Below are positions 8,880 to 18,041 of a DNA stretch of 64,000 bases, one piece after another (position 1 is the stretch's first letter; every line of letters begins with the position of its first letter). A program made the translations under genes and the position numbers. Source of the DNA: an uncultured Bacillota bacterium (GTDB lineage: Bacteria > Sysuimicrobiota > Sysuimicrobiia > Sysuimicrobiales > Segetimicrobiaceae); NCBI GenBank assembly GCA_963804645.1, contig CAWDRG010000018.1:46116-110115 (forward strand). The letters are read 5' to 3'. Under the pieces are notes generated by a model. It ran no database searches, was not told where the DNA came from, and saw only the letters and a list, made by a program, of their open reading frames with translations.

Positions 8880-10037
8880 CTACTTCCACTGCTGCCAGTG
8901 GCCGTCCCGGATGACGACGAGCGCCATGTCGTTGGTGGTCAGGCCGTTGTGGTCCTGGGGCGACATGTTGAAGACCCCGCCGATCCCCACGAACCCGTGC
9001 ACGTGCTCAATGTAGTCCCGCATCTTGGCCCGATCGGGCCCGACCGCGCGGATCGCCGCGAGCAGCAGATTGATGCCGTCGTACGCGTGCCCCCCGAACG
9101 TGTTGGCCGGGTAGTGATTCGCGGCGTTGAAGTCCTGCGCGTAGCGCTGCAGCACCGCCTTCTGCGGATCGGCCGCCGCGAGGGACCCGACGACCAGGAG
9201 CCTGCCCGCGGGGAACACCACGCCGTTGGCGGCGGGGCCGGCGAGATCGATGAACGCCTGGTTGGCGACGCCGTGGCTCTCGATGATCGGCGCCGCGATG
9301 CCGAGCTGCCGGATGTTCTTGGCCGCGGTCGACGCCGTCGGCGGCGTGCTCCAGACCACCCACGCGTCCGGGGTATGCACGCGCGCCCGGGTGACCTGCG
9401 CGGTCAGATCCGTGGCGGTCGCTTCGAACGGCTCGGTGTCGACGATCGTGATGCCGTCCCGCGGGAGGTACGTCTGCAGGGCCACGAGTCCGTCCTGGCC
9501 GAAATCATCGTTCCGGTACAAGAACACAATCGTCCGCACGTGGGTGGCGGCGAGATAGCCCGCGACCTTCGCCGCGGCAATGCTGTTGCGCTGCGGAGTC
9601 TGAAATACCCACGTCCGCGCCGGCACGCTCAGCGTGGTGCTCGCCGCGAGCGACATATAGGGGATGCCGGCCTGCATCGCGTAGTCCGCCATCGCCTGCG
9701 CTTCCGGGCTGCTCGTGCCGCCGACGACGGCCACGACGTTGTCTTCGCTCACGGTCTTCTTCATGAGGAGGAGCGCCTGCGTGGGGTCGCTCTCGCTGTC
9801 GTAGACGACGAGCTGGATCTGGCGTCCCCCGATCGGGTCGAGCTGGGGCACGAGCATCGTGGCGGTGTCCTTCTCGGCCTTGCCGAGCGAGCTCGCCGGT
9901 CCGGTCACGGCGACGACGACGCCGATCCGGATCGGGGCGCCCTGGCCCAGCACCGGCGTCCACGGGCTCACGAGCGCCGCGGTCAGCATGGCGGCGACGA
10001 GCACGACCACGAGCCTCGGAACCAGGCGCCGCACCAC
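8880..10037 (-). CDS. ABC substrate-binding protein, LivJ/K (aromatic-acid-binding) family
   Basis: Signal peptide, IRIGVVVAVTGPASSLG, GVFNMSPQDHNGL; GGAGG before GTG 10037. Confidence 0.85.
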   Translation of the reverse strand: MVRRLVPRLVVVLVAAMLTAALVSPWTPVLGQGAPIRIGVVVAVTGPASSLGKAEKDTATMLVPQLDPIGGRQIQLVVYDSESDPTQALLLMKKTVSEDNVVAVVGGTSSPEAQAMADYAMQAGIPYMSLAASTTLSVPARTWVFQTPQRNSIAAAKVAGYLAATHVRTIVFLYRNDDFGQDGLVALQTYLPRDGITIVDTEPFEATATDLTAQVTRARVHTPDAWVVWSTPPTASTAAKNIRQLGIAAPIIESHGVANQAFIDLAGPAANGVVFPAGRLLVVGSLAAADPQKAVLQRYAQDFNAANHYPANTFGGHAYDGINLLLAAIRAVGPDRAKMRDYIEHVHGFVGIGGVFNMSPQDHNGLTTNDMALVVIRDGHWQQWK

Positions 10038-10315
10038 GATCACCTCCAGAGGATGCGTGCTGTCCATGTCGTTCGGTCGGTCGTGTTCCCGGTGCGGGAA
10101 CGCCGCGCCCGGTCGCGGCGCAACGCCGTCGCGGCGGGGCGCGTGCCGCGGGGCCTGGTCCATCGCATTTACACGGGTGGGCGGGAAACCCCTGCCCGAC
10201 CGGGTTCCCCGCGCGAAGGCCCGCGGGCCATTGGGGGGGAGGCAGGGACGGCGCCGCACCCCCCGAACTCAATCGAGGTGAGTCCGGCGGGCTTCCAACC
10301 GGCGCCGGGGAAACG

Positions 10316-10849
10316 GTGAACCCAATGGCATGCCCAGATTGTCAGGCGCAACTTGAGCAGCTGAACTATAAGGGCGTGGCATTCGAGGAGTGCCCGAACT
10401 GCCGCGGACGCTGGTTTGACCGGGGGCAGCTCAAGGCGGCGAAGGATCGAACCGACGAGGACCTGCGGTGGCTGAACTTCGACCCGTTTGGGGAAGACGC
10501 GGACAAGTACGCGGTCGCCGCCCCCCGGGTCGTCCTGTGTCCCAAGTGCGGCCGGCAGATGGTTGCGCTGCGGTATGCGGCCTCGGGCGTCACGATCTAC
10601 AAGTGCCCCGTGGGGGACGGCGTCTGGTTAAGTCACGGCGAGTTTGCGGCGATCGTCGCGTACTTGGAGAAGCTCGTCGATTCCCAGTCGGCCGAGGCGC
10701 TCACCAAGGACGCGGTCAAGCAGCTTGAACGGGTTGACGTGCGGGACTTCCTGACCGTCATGAAGCTGTTGAACGTCAGGCTCGCGGTCGAGCACCCTCG
10801 CCTCGCGCGCGCGGTCGAGAAGATCCAGGAGTATTCGCCGCTCAAGTAG
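10316..10849 (+). CDS. Tandem zf-TFIIB zinc-ribbon protein
   Basis: CPDC..CPNCRGRWFDRGQL and CPKC..CPVGDGVWLSHGEF. Confidence 0.75.
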   Translation: MNPMACPDCQAQLEQLNYKGVAFEECPNCRGRWFDRGQLKAAKDRTDEDLRWLNFDPFGEDADKYAVAAPRVVLCPKCGRQMVALRYAASGVTIYKCPVGDGVWLSHGEFAAIVAYLEKLVDSQSAEALTKDAVKQLERVDVRDFLTVMKLLNVRLAVEHPRLARAVEKIQEYSPLK

Positions 10850-10943
10850 CGACCGGCCCGCGCGGACGTCGACCTCGCGCCCGCCCGGCGCCCCCCCGGG
10901 GCGGACCGGCGCACTTGGCGCGGCGGGTGGGAGGGGTGGAGCG

Positions 10944-12428
10944 ATGCCGGCGCGGACCGGGGCGCAGTTCCTCCAGGGCCTGCGGGATCGACCGCGGGAC
11001 CTGTGGCTTGAGGGCGAGCGCGTCCGGGATCCCGTCGAACACCCGGCCTTCCGCAATGTGCTGCGGAGCCTCGCCGCGCTCTACGACCTCCAGCACGACC
11101 CGGCGCACCGGGACGAGATGACGTATGTCTCGCCCACCACGGGGGAACGCGTGGGGCTGTCGTTCCTGACGCCCTACACACTGGACGACCTCGTGCGCGT
11201 GCGGACGATGATGGCGCGGTGGGCAGACCTCTCCGGCGGGTTCCTCGGGCGGACGCCGGACTACTTGAACCGCGCCCTCGTGGGTTACGCGTCGGCGGCG
11301 GCGTACTGCGCCGATAACGATCCGCGGTTCGGCGAGCACATCCGCCGGTACTACGAGTACGTGCGCGAGCACGACCTCTGCCTCACGCACACCCTGATCA
11401 ACCCGCAGGCCAACCGCTCGGTCGGGCCGTCCCAGCAGGCGAACCCCTACCTCGCCGCGCGGATCGCCGAGGAGAACAGCCGTGGGATCACACTGCGCGG
11501 GGCGCGGATGCTCGCCACGCTGCCGGCGGCCGACGAGATCATGGTGTTCCCCTCCACGCTGCTCCGGGCCGGTCCCGACGACGCCCCGTACGCGTACGCG
11601 GTGGCGCTGCCCACCGACACGCGGGGGCTTCGGTTCCTGTGCCGGGAGTCGTTCGACTACGGCCGCTCGCACTTCGACCACCCGCTCGGGTCGCGGTTCG
11701 AGGAGATGGACGCGGTCGTCGTCTTCGACGACGTGCAGGTGCCGTGGGAGCGGGTGTTTCTCCTGCGCGACGTGGAGAAGTGCAACAAGGCGTTCGCGGC
11801 GACCGGTGCGGTGGCGCACATGGCGCACCAGGTCGTGACGAAGAACGTCGCCAAGACGGAGTTCCTGCTGGGGGTGGCGTCGTTGATCGTCGATGCAATC
11901 GCGATCGAACCGTTCCAGCACGTCCACGAGAAGATGGCGGAGATCATCGTCAACCTCGAGACGATGCGGGCGTTTCTGCGCACGAGCGAGGTCGACGCCC
12001 AGGTCAACCGCTGGGGCGTGATGCAGCCCGCGTGGCCGCCGCTGGACGCGGCGCGCAATGTGTACACGCGGATGTACCCCCGGATGATCGAGATCCTGCA
12101 GCAGCTGGGGGCGTCGGGGTTCATGGCGATCCCGACCGCGCGGGACCTCGCGGGCGCGCAGGGGGAGACGATCCGCACCTACTACCAGGCGGCGCGCGCC
12201 GACGCGGTCAGCCGCGTTCAGCTGTTCCGGCTGGCCTGGGACATCGCGATGAGCGCGTTCGGGTCGCGCCAGGTGCTCTACGAGCGGTACTTCTTCGGCG
12301 ACCCGGTGCGGATGGCCGGGGCGATGTTCAACGCCTACGACCGGCGGCCGTATATGGAGCGCGTCCGGGCGTTCCTCGAGCGCGCGGAGGATGAGGCGCC
12401 CGGGCTCGAGTCCGCCCCGGGCGAGTGA
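10944..12428 (+). CDS. hpaB: 4-hydroxyphenylacetate 3-monooxygenase, oxygenase component
   Basis: ARTGAQFL, GRTPDYLN, GARMLAT, HPLGSRFEEMDA, RQVLYERYFFGDP. Confidence 0.92.
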   Translation: MPARTGAQFLQGLRDRPRDLWLEGERVRDPVEHPAFRNVLRSLAALYDLQHDPAHRDEMTYVSPTTGERVGLSFLTPYTLDDLVRVRTMMARWADLSGGFLGRTPDYLNRALVGYASAAAYCADNDPRFGEHIRRYYEYVREHDLCLTHTLINPQANRSVGPSQQANPYLAARIAEENSRGITLRGARMLATLPAADEIMVFPSTLLRAGPDDAPYAYAVALPTDTRGLRFLCRESFDYGRSHFDHPLGSRFEEMDAVVVFDDVQVPWERVFLLRDVEKCNKAFAATGAVAHMAHQVVTKNVAKTEFLLGVASLIVDAIAIEPFQHVHEKMAEIIVNLETMRAFLRTSEVDAQVNRWGVMQPAWPPLDAARNVYTRMYPRMIEILQQLGASGFMAIPTARDLAGAQGETIRTYYQAARADAVSRVQLFRLAWDIAMSAFGSRQVLYERYFFGDPVRMAGAMFNAYDRRPYMERVRAFLERAEDEAPGLESAPGE

Positions 12429-12444
12429 GCGACCCGTGGAGCCG

Positions 12445-12996
12445 ATGACGGCGCCCGACCCGATCGAGTTCCGCCGCGCACTCGGGCTATTCGCCACCGG
12501 CGTGACGGTCGTCACCGTCCAGGCGGGGGCCGAGATGCACGGGATGACGGCGAACGCGGTGATGTCGGTCTCGCTCGATCCGCTGCTCGTGTGTGTCTCG
12601 GTCGGCCGGCGCGCGCGCATGGACGAGCTGTTGAGCCGGGCCGGCGGCTTCGCCCTCAACATCCTGTCCGCCGACCAGGAGGTGCTGTCCACGTACTTCG
12701 CCGGCACGTGGCCGCATGCGGGTCCGCCCGAGTACCGGCTCGAGCCGTGGGTCGGGGGGCCGCGCCTCGTCGGGTGTCTCGCCGCCGCCGGGTGCGAGAT
12801 CGCCGCGGTGCTGGACGGCGGCGATCACCGGTTGTTTCTCGGACGCGTGCTGGCCCTCCACCGTGCGCCGGGCCCGCCCAACCCGCTGGTGTTCTTCGGC
12901 GGCCGATACCACCGTCTCCGGGAGCCCGCGCAGGCTCCCCGCGACCCCGTCGAGGTGTGGAATCCCGAGGAGGTGCAGATCTACTATGAGCCGTGA
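12445..12996 (+). CDS. hpaC: Flavin reductase (HpaC-like)
   Basis: FRRALGLFATGVTVVT, GMTANAVMSVSLDP, GDH. Confidence 0.85.
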   Translation: MTAPDPIEFRRALGLFATGVTVVTVQAGAEMHGMTANAVMSVSLDPLLVCVSVGRRARMDELLSRAGGFALNILSADQEVLSTYFAGTWPHAGPPEYRLEPWVGGPRLVGCLAAAGCEIAAVLDGGDHRLFLGRVLALHRAPGPPNPLVFFGGRYHRLREPAQAPRDPVEVWNPEEVQIYYEP

Positions 12997-14002
12997 GCCG
13001 GATCTGGCGGCGGGGCATCCCCCGTTCACCGTGCTGCGGGCCGCCCATATCGAGTTCCTGGTGACGGATCTCGAGCGGGCCCGCGCCTTCTACGTCGACC
13101 TGCTCGGATTCGTCGAGACCGAACGCGACGGAGACCGGCTGTACCTGCGCGGCTATGAAGAGCGGGACCACCACGGCCTCGTGCTGCGGCGGGCGCCCGC
13201 GGCGGGGGTCGGACACCTGGCGTTCCGGGTCGCCTCAGAACACGACCTCGACCTGCTCGAGCGCCTCTACCGAACCCACGGCCTGCCCACGCGCTGGGCG
13301 CGCGGCGAGGCGGGGCAGGGGCGGGCCCTGCGCGTCCAGGACCCCGCGGGCCTGCCGGTCGAGTTTGTGTACGAGATCGCCCAGGCGGAGTGGCTCTTGC
13401 AGCGGTTCGATCGGTACCGCGGGGCCTTCGTGATGCGCCTGGACCACTTCAACTGCCAGGTCCCAGACGTTGCGGCCGCCTCGCGGTGGTACCGGCAGGA
13501 ACTGGGATTTGCCTGTTCAGAGTACATCACCGACGGCGCGGACGCCTCGTCGGGGCTGTGGGGCGTGTGGCTCCACCGGAAGCAGACCGTCCACGACATC
13601 GCCCTGATGAACGGGGTCGGTCCACGCGTGCACCATGCGGGGTTCTGGGTGCAGGATCCCGCGAGCGTGCTGCGCGCGTGCGACCTCATGGCGGCCGCCC
13701 ATCTCGCCGACCGGATCGAGCGGGGACCCGGACGGCATGGGCTCGCCAACGCGTTTTTCGTGTACCTGCGCGATCCCGACAACAACCGGATCGAGCTGTA
13801 CACGAACGACTACCTGATCGCCGATCCGGATTGGCGGCCGGTGCGCTGGGCGCTCGACGACCCGCGGCGCGGCACGTTCTGGGGACACCCCGCCCCGGCG
13901 TCCTGGTACGGGGAAGCGTCTCCGGTCGAGACCATCGAGGGGGGGCAGTTTACCGAGACGCGGCCCCCGGTGCTGCGCGACCGACCCAGCGTGACGCGCT
14001 GA
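12986..14002 (+). CDS. hpaD: 3,4-dihydroxyphenylacetate 2,3-dioxygenase (VOC extradiol)
   Basis: LYLRGYEERDHH, RLDHFN, HRKQTVHDIAL, ERGPGRHG, IELYT. Confidence 0.9.
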   Translation: MSREPDLAAGHPPFTVLRAAHIEFLVTDLERARAFYVDLLGFVETERDGDRLYLRGYEERDHHGLVLRRAPAAGVGHLAFRVASEHDLDLLERLYRTHGLPTRWARGEAGQGRALRVQDPAGLPVEFVYEIAQAEWLLQRFDRYRGAFVMRLDHFNCQVPDVAAASRWYRQELGFACSEYITDGADASSGLWGVWLHRKQTVHDIALMNGVGPRVHHAGFWVQDPASVLRACDLMAAAHLADRIERGPGRHGLANAFFVYLRDPDNNRIELYTNDYLIADPDWRPVRWALDDPRRGTFWGHPAPASWYGEASPVETIEGGQFTETRPPVLRDRPSVTR

Positions 14003-14221
14003 GGCACACGATCCGATGCCGCTGCGCAGGGCGAGGAAGCGGCGGCTGTTCCGGTTGAGCCGATCACGGTGGACACCCGAGGACGCCGCGGTGCATGCGG
14101 CGGCCGGACCATCACGGAGCCACGCCCACCCCAACTCACGCCAGCGGCCCGAGCCTCGGCTCGGGCCGCTGGGAACGTGTCACCGCACGCCCGGTGATCG
14201 CCGGGCGCCGGCGAGGTCGAC

Positions 14222-14527
14222 TTACTTGACGCCGATCGCTACCTTCGTCTTCTCGCCGATGACTTCGCCGGTCACGACATGTGTGGCCGTCGGGAGCACG
14301 CCGGGGTTCTTCTTCACCCAGTCCGATGCGACCCGATTGGATTCGTCAGCGTTCGCCTTCGAGTCGAAGATGCTGGTTGCGAGTACCTTTCCGTTGCCAG
14401 TGTCCGTGAGGTAGTAGCCCACGAACCCCGGAACCGCGCTGATCAACGGAGCAAAATCCTCGCGAAAGTGCTGTCCCAAGCCGCGCGGGTTCGAAACGTT
14501 CTCGTACTGCCGGACGCTCATATACAT
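14222..14527 (-). CDS. Small ABM-like (dimeric alpha/beta barrel) protein
   Basis: PLISAVPGFVGYY, ADESNRVASDWVK, GEV; GGAGG upstream. Confidence 0.65.
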   Translation of the reverse strand: MYMSVRQYENVSNPRGLGQHFREDFAPLISAVPGFVGYYLTDTGNGKVLATSIFDSKANADESNRVASDWVKKNPGVLPTATHVVTGEVIGEKTKVAIGVK

Positions 14528-15056
14528 AATGCCTGACCTCCGTCCCCATGTGGGGAGCGTGACGCTGTGGAGCTTTCTCCTCCGAGAATTGGGGCCGACT
14601 GTGAGTGGACTGGCCGATGAACATCAGGAAGAAGAACCAACGTCAGTGTAAGCTTGCGCGCGCCGAGACGCGAACGCGGTATGCCCCCTCATCTGCCCAA
14701 ACGCTCGCGTTCTGCCTCGTTTGGACCATGCTTCCGGTCCTCCAGCCTACGCCACAGACACCCTGCGCGGCCCAGCGAGGTCGCAGAGACATCGGGGTGC
14801 GCGGTCGTGCCGCCCCGGCTCGGTTGAGGGTCGCCTTGACGCGTGTTTGGGCCGGTGGGATAGTGAGGGCGCCGGCGATGGGCCAACCCGCGTACGACGC
14901 TGAGCCGTCAGTGAGACGCGCGGCTGTTCCGCATCCTGGTGTCGGGTAGGCAGACCAGGTTCGGGGTCGACCGGCGCCGGACGAGCGGCCGCGACGCGAC
15001 ACGTTCGGGCATTCCAGCGCGCGTGCGCGCGGGACGCCCGGGATTGAGGGGATTGG

Positions 15057-15611
15057 TTGCGACATCGTCTCCCGCTGCCGCGACGACGAGATGCCCGGGC
15101 GCCTCGCGCGAGGACCGCGACGCTCTGGGGCCGCGCGCTGGCGGCGTGCGCGCTGTGCCTCGCGCTTGCCGCGGCGTGGCCGCCGTCCGCCCGCCCCGCC
15201 GCCCCGTGCGCCACGACGCTTGATGCGCTGACGGGCGCCGAGAGGTTCGCGACCGCACTCGAGGCCTTTCGCGCCGCCGGACTCGACTCGGTGTTGTCGC
15301 AGGCACGGTCCGTCACGGTGTTCGCCCCCGACGAGCAGGCCTTCGCAAAGCTGCCCGCGGGAGAGTTGCGCGGGGCGCTCGCGGATCGGCGCGTCCTGGC
15401 TCCCGTGGCGGCGTATCACATCGTCAGCGGGACGGTGCCGCCCGAGGCGCTTCGCCGCGCCCGCGATCTGCCGACCCTGAACGGGAAGCCGCTTCGGGTC
15501 GGCGTCGTGGACGGCGCCGTGGTGCTCGACGGACGCGCGACCGTCCGCGACGCGGGCACGCGCTGCGGCAACGGCATCGTGTATGAGATCGACGCCGTGC
15601 TTCGACCGTGA
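15057..15611 (+). CDS. Secreted fasciclin (FAS1) domain protein; start uncertain
   Basis: TVFAPDEQAFAKLP, YHIV, NGIVYEIDAVL. Confidence 0.8.
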   Translation: MRHRLPLPRRRDARAPRARTATLWGRALAACALCLALAAAWPPSARPAAPCATTLDALTGAERFATALEAFRAAGLDSVLSQARSVTVFAPDEQAFAKLPAGELRGALADRRVLAPVAAYHIVSGTVPPEALRRARDLPTLNGKPLRVGVVDGAVVLDGRATVRDAGTRCGNGIVYEIDAVLRP

Positions 15612-15739
15612 TGGCCCCGCCGATTCGGACGGGCGGCGCGCCCGCGCACCGCACCGGGGCATCGACCCGCGCGGTTCAGGGCGCGCCGCGTTCGGGTAAA
15701 AGTTCCGCGCATCGGTCGCAGCATCCAGGAGACGCCGCC

Positions 15740-15925
15740 ATGGCGACGAGGCCGGAAGATCACGCGACGCGGCGGGTCCCGTGGGCCGACGCTCGCGGCT
15801 ACCACGCGCGCGACGGCCCACGGGTCTGGGACCGGATCACGGACCGCGTGCGCGAGGCGTGGCAGGGGGATTACGGGACACCGCGAGAAGTGACCGGTCA
15901 AACCGCCGGCCGAGGTGTGCGATGA
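15740..15925 (+). CDS. Small hypothetical protein upstream of Ku
   Basis: AGGAG RBS, ATGA overlap with Ku start. Confidence 0.45.
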   Translation: MATRPEDHATRRVPWADARGYHARDGPRVWDRITDRVREAWQGDYGTPREVTGQTAGRGVR

Positions 15926-16728
15926 AACCCGTGTGGTTCGGGACCCTGGGATTCGGGTTGGTGACGATTCCGGTTCGCTTGTACGCCGCGGTCGAAAGCG
16001 TGCGGACCGTTCGGTTTCGTCTGCTCGATCGTGTCACCTCCAAGCCCATCAAAGAACTCCGCGTCAACCCGGACACGGGCAAGGAAGTGCCGTGGGACCA
16101 CGTCGTGCACGGGGTCGAACGGGCGAAGGGCCGTTTCGTCGCTCTCACCGACGAGGAGCTGCGCGCGCTGCCCCTGCCGAGTACCTCCACGATCGCGCTG
16201 ACAGGATTCGTGCAGCCGCACGAGATTGATCCCCGCTACTACGAGCAGCCGTACTTTCTCGGGCCCGGGAAGGGCGGGCAGCGCGCGTACGCGCTGCTGC
16301 GCGAGGCCCTCGAGGCGGCGGAGCGCGTGGGCATCGGGAAGGTCGCGCTGCGCCAGCGCGAGCACCTGGTGGCCGTGCGTCCGACTGACCGCGCGCTGGT
16401 GCTGCACACGCTGCACTACGCCTCCGAACTCCGGGACGAGGCCGACATTCCGGATCTGCCCGCTCGGGTGACGCTCCATCCCAACGAGCGGAAGATGGCC
16501 CGGCAGTTGCTGGAGAGCATGGCGGCGACGTTTGATCCGACCGAGTTCCACGACGACTACGCCGACGCGCTGCGCGCGCTGGTCGACGCCAAGGAGCGCG
16601 GGGCCGTGCCGGAGGCGCCGGCCCGCGCGCGCGCCGGCAAGGTCGTGGACCTGCAGGCGGCGCTGCGGGCCAGCTTGAAAGGCGCCCGTGCCGCGGGTGC
16701 TCCCCGCCGCCGGCGCGCCGCCAGTTGA
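15922..16728 (+). CDS. ku: NHEJ DNA end-binding protein Ku
   Basis: WFGTLGFGLVTIPVRLY, IDPRYYEQPYFL, VVDLQAALRASL, basic tail. Confidence 0.92.
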   Translation: MKPVWFGTLGFGLVTIPVRLYAAVESVRTVRFRLLDRVTSKPIKELRVNPDTGKEVPWDHVVHGVERAKGRFVALTDEELRALPLPSTSTIALTGFVQPHEIDPRYYEQPYFLGPGKGGQRAYALLREALEAAERVGIGKVALRQREHLVAVRPTDRALVLHTLHYASELRDEADIPDLPARVTLHPNERKMARQLLESMAATFDPTEFHDDYADALRALVDAKERGAVPEAPARARAGKVVDLQAALRASLKGARAAGAPRRRRAAS

Positions 16729-16769
16729 ACTCACGGCCAGACGGCGGGTCGCCGGCGCCCGCCGGGCGG

Positions 16770-17813
16770 CTACAGCGGGGGCAGCGACAGGTCGCTCGCG
16801 AGCGCGTTCAGGTCGGTGAGGATGTTGTCGTCGAGCGGAATGCCGTCGCGCCGGCGCGTCTCCGCCAACTCGAACTCGATCTCCCCAGGGACGTAGACGC
16901 GCTCGCCCCCGGCGACCGGCGGGACCGCGTGCACGGTCCTGACGTAGGCGTCGACCTCGTTCAGAAACTCGTCGAGCGGGCGGAACTGCGCGATGTCCAG
17001 CGCCATGAAAAAGTGCCCCACGTGCTGCGGGCCGGCGTGCTTGGGCAGCGCCATGCTGGTGACGCCCGATGACCATCCCGCGCCTGTGAGCGGCCCGCAC
17101 AGCAGGTCGAAGACGACCGCTAGGCCAAACCCCTTGTAGCCGCCGGCGGGGAGTAGCATGCCGCCGTCCATGATCGCCTCGGGGCGGTCCGTGGGGCGTC
17201 CCTCGCGATCGACGCCCCAGCCGAGCGGGATCCGCTTCCCCTGTCCGCGCGCGCGCTGCAGCTTGCCCTGCGCCACGACGCTGGTGGCCATGTCCAGCAC
17301 GACCGGGCGCTCGCGTCCCGCCGGGATGGCGTACGCGATCGGGTTGTTCCCGACCACGGGGGCGGCGCCGCCTTCGGGCGGCATGAGCGGGATCGTGTTC
17401 GTCACCGCGACCCCGACCATCCCCTGGGCCGCGGCACGCATCGCGTAGTAGGCGGCGGCGCCGAAGTGCGTCGATCCGCGCACGCCGACGAAGCCGACGC
17501 CGGCGGCGCGCGCCTTCGCGATCGCGATGTCCACCGCGCGCACGCTCACCACCTGGCCGAGGCCGTCGTGGCCATCGACCTGGGCGAACGCCGGCCCCTC
17601 CCGCGTGATCGTGACCGTGGCGGCCGCCGGGACGACTCCGGCCTTGACCCGTCGGACGTAGATCGGCAGGCGCATCACCCCGTGCGAGTGGACGCCCCGG
17701 AGATCCGCCTCGACGAGCGTGTCGGCGACGAGGTCGGCGTCCGGAGTGGGCACTCCCACGCGCTGGAACGCCGCGCTGGTGAACGCGGCCAATCGGGACG
17801 CGGCGATCGGCAT
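16770..17813 (-). CDS. Ldh_2 family (type 2 malate/L-lactate/sulfolactate) oxidoreductase
   Basis: ADLRGVHSHG, STHFG, GNNPIA, LDMATS, GGYKGFGL, VYVPGE. Confidence 0.9.
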   Translation of the reverse strand: MPIAASRLAAFTSAAFQRVGVPTPDADLVADTLVEADLRGVHSHGVMRLPIYVRRVKAGVVPAAATVTITREGPAFAQVDGHDGLGQVVSVRAVDIAIAKARAAGVGFVGVRGSTHFGAAAYYAMRAAAQGMVGVAVTNTIPLMPPEGGAAPVVGNNPIAYAIPAGRERPVVLDMATSVVAQGKLQRARGQGKRIPLGWGVDREGRPTDRPEAIMDGGMLLPAGGYKGFGLAVVFDLLCGPLTGAGWSSGVTSMALPKHAGPQHVGHFFMALDIAQFRPLDEFLNEVDAYVRTVHAVPPVAGGERVYVPGEIEFELAETRRRDGIPLDDNILTDLNALASDLSLPPL

Positions 17814-17896
17814 GGCGGTCCTCCTGATCGGGATAGTGGGGAGTTCTTGCGCGGCGCCGGCCCTTCCTGGCGGCGCGGCGCAGCGGCGCGCCTGCC

Positions 17897-17926
17897 TTGC
17901 GAGTCCACGCCCAGGCGGGGTATACT
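17897..17926 (+). promoter_or_regulatory. Sigma70-type promoter for PBP1A
   Basis: TTGCGA-N18-TATACT. Confidence 0.5.
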
Positions 17927-18041
17927 TGCCTGTGGGCCCGTTGATTGCCGGCCGACTGGTTGGGGTGGTTGAGTTGGGACAGCATGAACGGCCGGTCGCA
18001 GCCAAAGTCGCAGCATACGTTGCAGCAGAGAGAGGCCCACG

